This document shows, piece by piece, positions 62,011 through 64,000 of a stretch of DNA of 64,000 bases. The stretch is from Lobosporangium transversale (lineage: Eukaryota): the NCBI RefSeq assembly GCF_002105155.1, contig NW_019029001.1, positions 434,001 to 498,000 of the forward strand, read 5' to 3'. The notes below the pieces were generated by a model. It made no database searches. It was given only the letters and a program-made list of their open reading frames with translations, and was not told the origin of the DNA. Position numbers and translations under genes: made by a program. Numbering within the stretch: the first letter of the stretch is position 1; every line of letters begins with the position of its first letter.

Positions 62011-63675
62011 ATGGCGGATCGACTTCCACCGCCATCTCCCCCTCCGTCTTCCTCGAATGAGGTAGATGAGGGACACGATCCCCTGGCTCAGGCAGGGGAT
62101 GTAGTAAAAAACAATAAAATTAAGCAGTCCCTGAGCTTTGCGGAGATGGCCCGCAAAAGCTTATCCAAGAAAGAAGTGCAGACCAGTTGGAATGCACTTC
62201 GTAAGAACGCAGTTGTCCGTGCGTTCAGCACAGAGGTTGAGGAGCACTCTGTGTTTTTCACCCCACACCACGCTCCCACCACCTTCGCTGTCAAGTATGA
62301 CAGGAAGACCCACCTCGTCTCTGACGTGGTGGAGGCCATTCGCCTGGCTTTCCCCAAGGCAGTTGGTCTTGACCCTGTTGTCCCAGGGGTCGTAGTGGTT
62401 CTCGTGAGGACACAAAAAGAGGTGGACGAGGCCATTGCGTCTCCTCCTCTCCCCTGCAATCCTGCTCCTGTCAGAGCATACCATACGGTCCATTCCACAG
62501 GAAGCCGACTCAGGATTCGGGTTGACCGAATCACCCTCTCTACTCCGGAGGATCGTCTGGAGTATATCAAAAATATCTTTGGTAAATTTGGCCGTGTAAT
62601 CCACACCAAGTTCCATTACGTCAAGGGATCGGAGACTCTTTTGCTCCCTTCCTTCGAATTTGTGTTAGAGCTCTCTGGGGACTCCCCTCGAGACCTCCTT
62701 ATCCCCCGCGTGGCCCAAGCTGAGGGTATTAACACGCTTTTCCACTGGTATGGGCCCCAGTACTGCTACAAGTGTGGTGAGGAGAACCACGTCAAGCAGT
62801 CCTGCCCCCAACCACCCGAGTTCGATCTCCTCTCGGCCCCTAAAAGAGTCATTATGGCTCGCGCGTTCTTGCCTGCGAACGCGCCCGCAAGGGCCCCTCC
62901 TGCGGTCCCTCAAGCTCCCAAGGCTACCAAGGGTCCCAAGGTCAATAAGGACACCCCATCCTCCGACAAGGAGGAATGGACAACTGTCACCTCCACCAAG
63001 AGGAAAAAGGCAGCAAAGAGGACTTCTTCGCGGAGCACAGGCTCAACTTCGGCATCGGAAAGTGATGTCCCAAGGAAGAAGATTACCGCTCGCAAACTCA
63101 ACACCAAGGAGAGCACCTCTGTCCCCGCCCCCGTATCTTCCGGTCCCACACAACAGGAGCCAACTGTTTTGATAGAAGAGATCAAGGTAGCTGATGCTGC
63201 CGCTTCTTCTTCTTCCTCAACACAAGGTGCCACCTCAGGTCCTGCAGACACACATGCGTCTGTGGATCAGTCTCCAGAGGCACCTAGTGCAGCTGAGACG
63301 GCGCCGCTGCCGGAGCCTCTTTCCGTCTCCTCAACTGATGCCATTGTTAGAGACGAAGAAATGGACTTGACTACCGAAAAGACCATAGAAGAACATCTTG
63401 ACTCCTCCTCCTCCTCCTCCTCCTCTTCCTCCTCCCCTGCTCCTCCCCTCCCTGTCCCCTCGGCTATCCCCATTGTTGAGGACTCTGAGATGGATACCAT
63501 GCAAGAAGAAGGATCAGAAACAGTACTGACGCCAACCAAGCCTCGCCAAGTCTCTGGCAAAGCAGTATCAGCGGTCTCGTCAAGGCTGAAGCGGACCTTC
63601 GTTGACCCTCTCACCGTCTCGAAGGCCTCGCGACCTTCGAGAACACCTACTGCAAAGAACAACGATGCTAGATAA
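62011..63675 (+). CDS. LINE ORF1 (RRM-like region plus zinc knuckle)
   Basis: SFAEMA, IFGKFGRV, CYKCGEENHVKQSCP, low-complexity C-terminus; precedes an APE ORF. Confidence 0.88.
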   Translation: MADRLPPPSPPPSSSNEVDEGHDPLAQAGDVVKNNKIKQSLSFAEMARKSLSKKEVQTSWNALRKNAVVRAFSTEVEEHSVFFTPHHAPTTFAVKYDRKTHLVSDVVEAIRLAFPKAVGLDPVVPGVVVVLVRTQKEVDEAIASPPLPCNPAPVRAYHTVHSTGSRLRIRVDRITLSTPEDRLEYIKNIFGKFGRVIHTKFHYVKGSETLLLPSFEFVLELSGDSPRDLLIPRVAQAEGINTLFHWYGPQYCYKCGEENHVKQSCPQPPEFDLLSAPKRVIMARAFLPANAPARAPPAVPQAPKATKGPKVNKDTPSSDKEEWTTVTSTKRKKAAKRTSSRSTGSTSASESDVPRKKITARKLNTKESTSVPAPVSSGPTQQEPTVLIEEIKVADAAASSSSSTQGATSGPADTHASVDQSPEAPSAAETAPLPEPLSVSSTDAIVRDEEMDLTTEKTIEEHLDSSSSSSSSSSSPAPPLPVPSAIPIVEDSEMDTMQEEGSETVLTPTKPRQVSGKAVSAVSSRLKRTFVDPLTVSKASRPSRTPTAKNNDAR

Positions 63676-63708
63676 TTGCCCTGGGGAGCGGGCCAGGAAG
63701 TCACTCAG

Positions 63709-63745
<37 letters not shown>

Positions 63746-63812
63746 CTCAAACTTTCTTTGCGTGCCTTGCTCCCCTCACAAGAACCGTATGCTTTCACTA
63801 TTTTTTTAATCA

Positions 63813-64000
63813 ATGATTGATTTTGAAAATCTAAAAGTATGCACACTCAACGTCTGTTCAATTTTCAACCAAGAAAAACGAAGGACGCTCTTCCAATGGC
63901 TCAAGACTCAGCCATACGATGTCATTGCTTTGCAGGAAACAGATACCCAGCATCCGCAATGGACAACAGTCAAAAATAATCAGTGGACAAGAGAATGGGG
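63813..64000 (+). CDS. LINE ORF2 N-terminus (APE endonuclease), runs off the window
   Basis: MIDFENLKVCTLNVCSI..RRTLFQWLK..DVIALQET. Confidence 0.9.
   Translation, partial: MIDFENLKVCTLNVCSIFNQEKRRTLFQWLKTQPYDVIALQETDTQHPQWTTVKNNQWTREW

Noticed and set aside
62088..63704. Antisense and alternative-frame ORFs over LINE ORF1
   Set aside because: Expected shadow ORFs of GC-rich coding sequence

Overview
Eukaryotic, intron-rich, AT-rich fungal DNA. Gene style, a Crinkler gene and the transposon types suggest an early-diverging fungus such as Mortierellomycota or Mucoromycota, which is an inference. Both ends of the window are transposon-rich. 1-18.3 kb holds ~1-kb diverged inverted repeats, a TIR element, and a ~6-kb cassette pairing a Crinkler/PD-(D/E)XK gene with a Crypton-type tyrosine recombinase-GCR1_C gene. 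It also holds tRNA-Gly(TCC), an intact Ty3/gypsy element inserted 13 nt upstream of that tRNA, a second LTR family, a tRNA-headed SINE and LINE tails. 58.4-64 kb holds two isolated LTRs, a second SINE copy, stacked LINE tails and the 5' part of an L1/Tx1-like LINE. The middle carries housekeeping genes: Hv1, MPP6-like, SPOUT1-like, a DHX29/57-like helicase, IPP1, a histidine acid phosphatase, RSE1/SF3B3, a Myb/U-box-like gene, RPP1 and NIF3. It also carries a truncated RNase H-bearing LINE. Top leads are the recombinase-plus-Crinkler cassette, a shared 'repeat-intron/polyA-repeat' design in two unrelated LTRs, a SINE/LINE partnership, a tRNA insertion hotspot and a probable CUG-initiated mitochondrial IPP1 isoform. 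All comparisons were made by eye, and exon boundaries are manual estimates.
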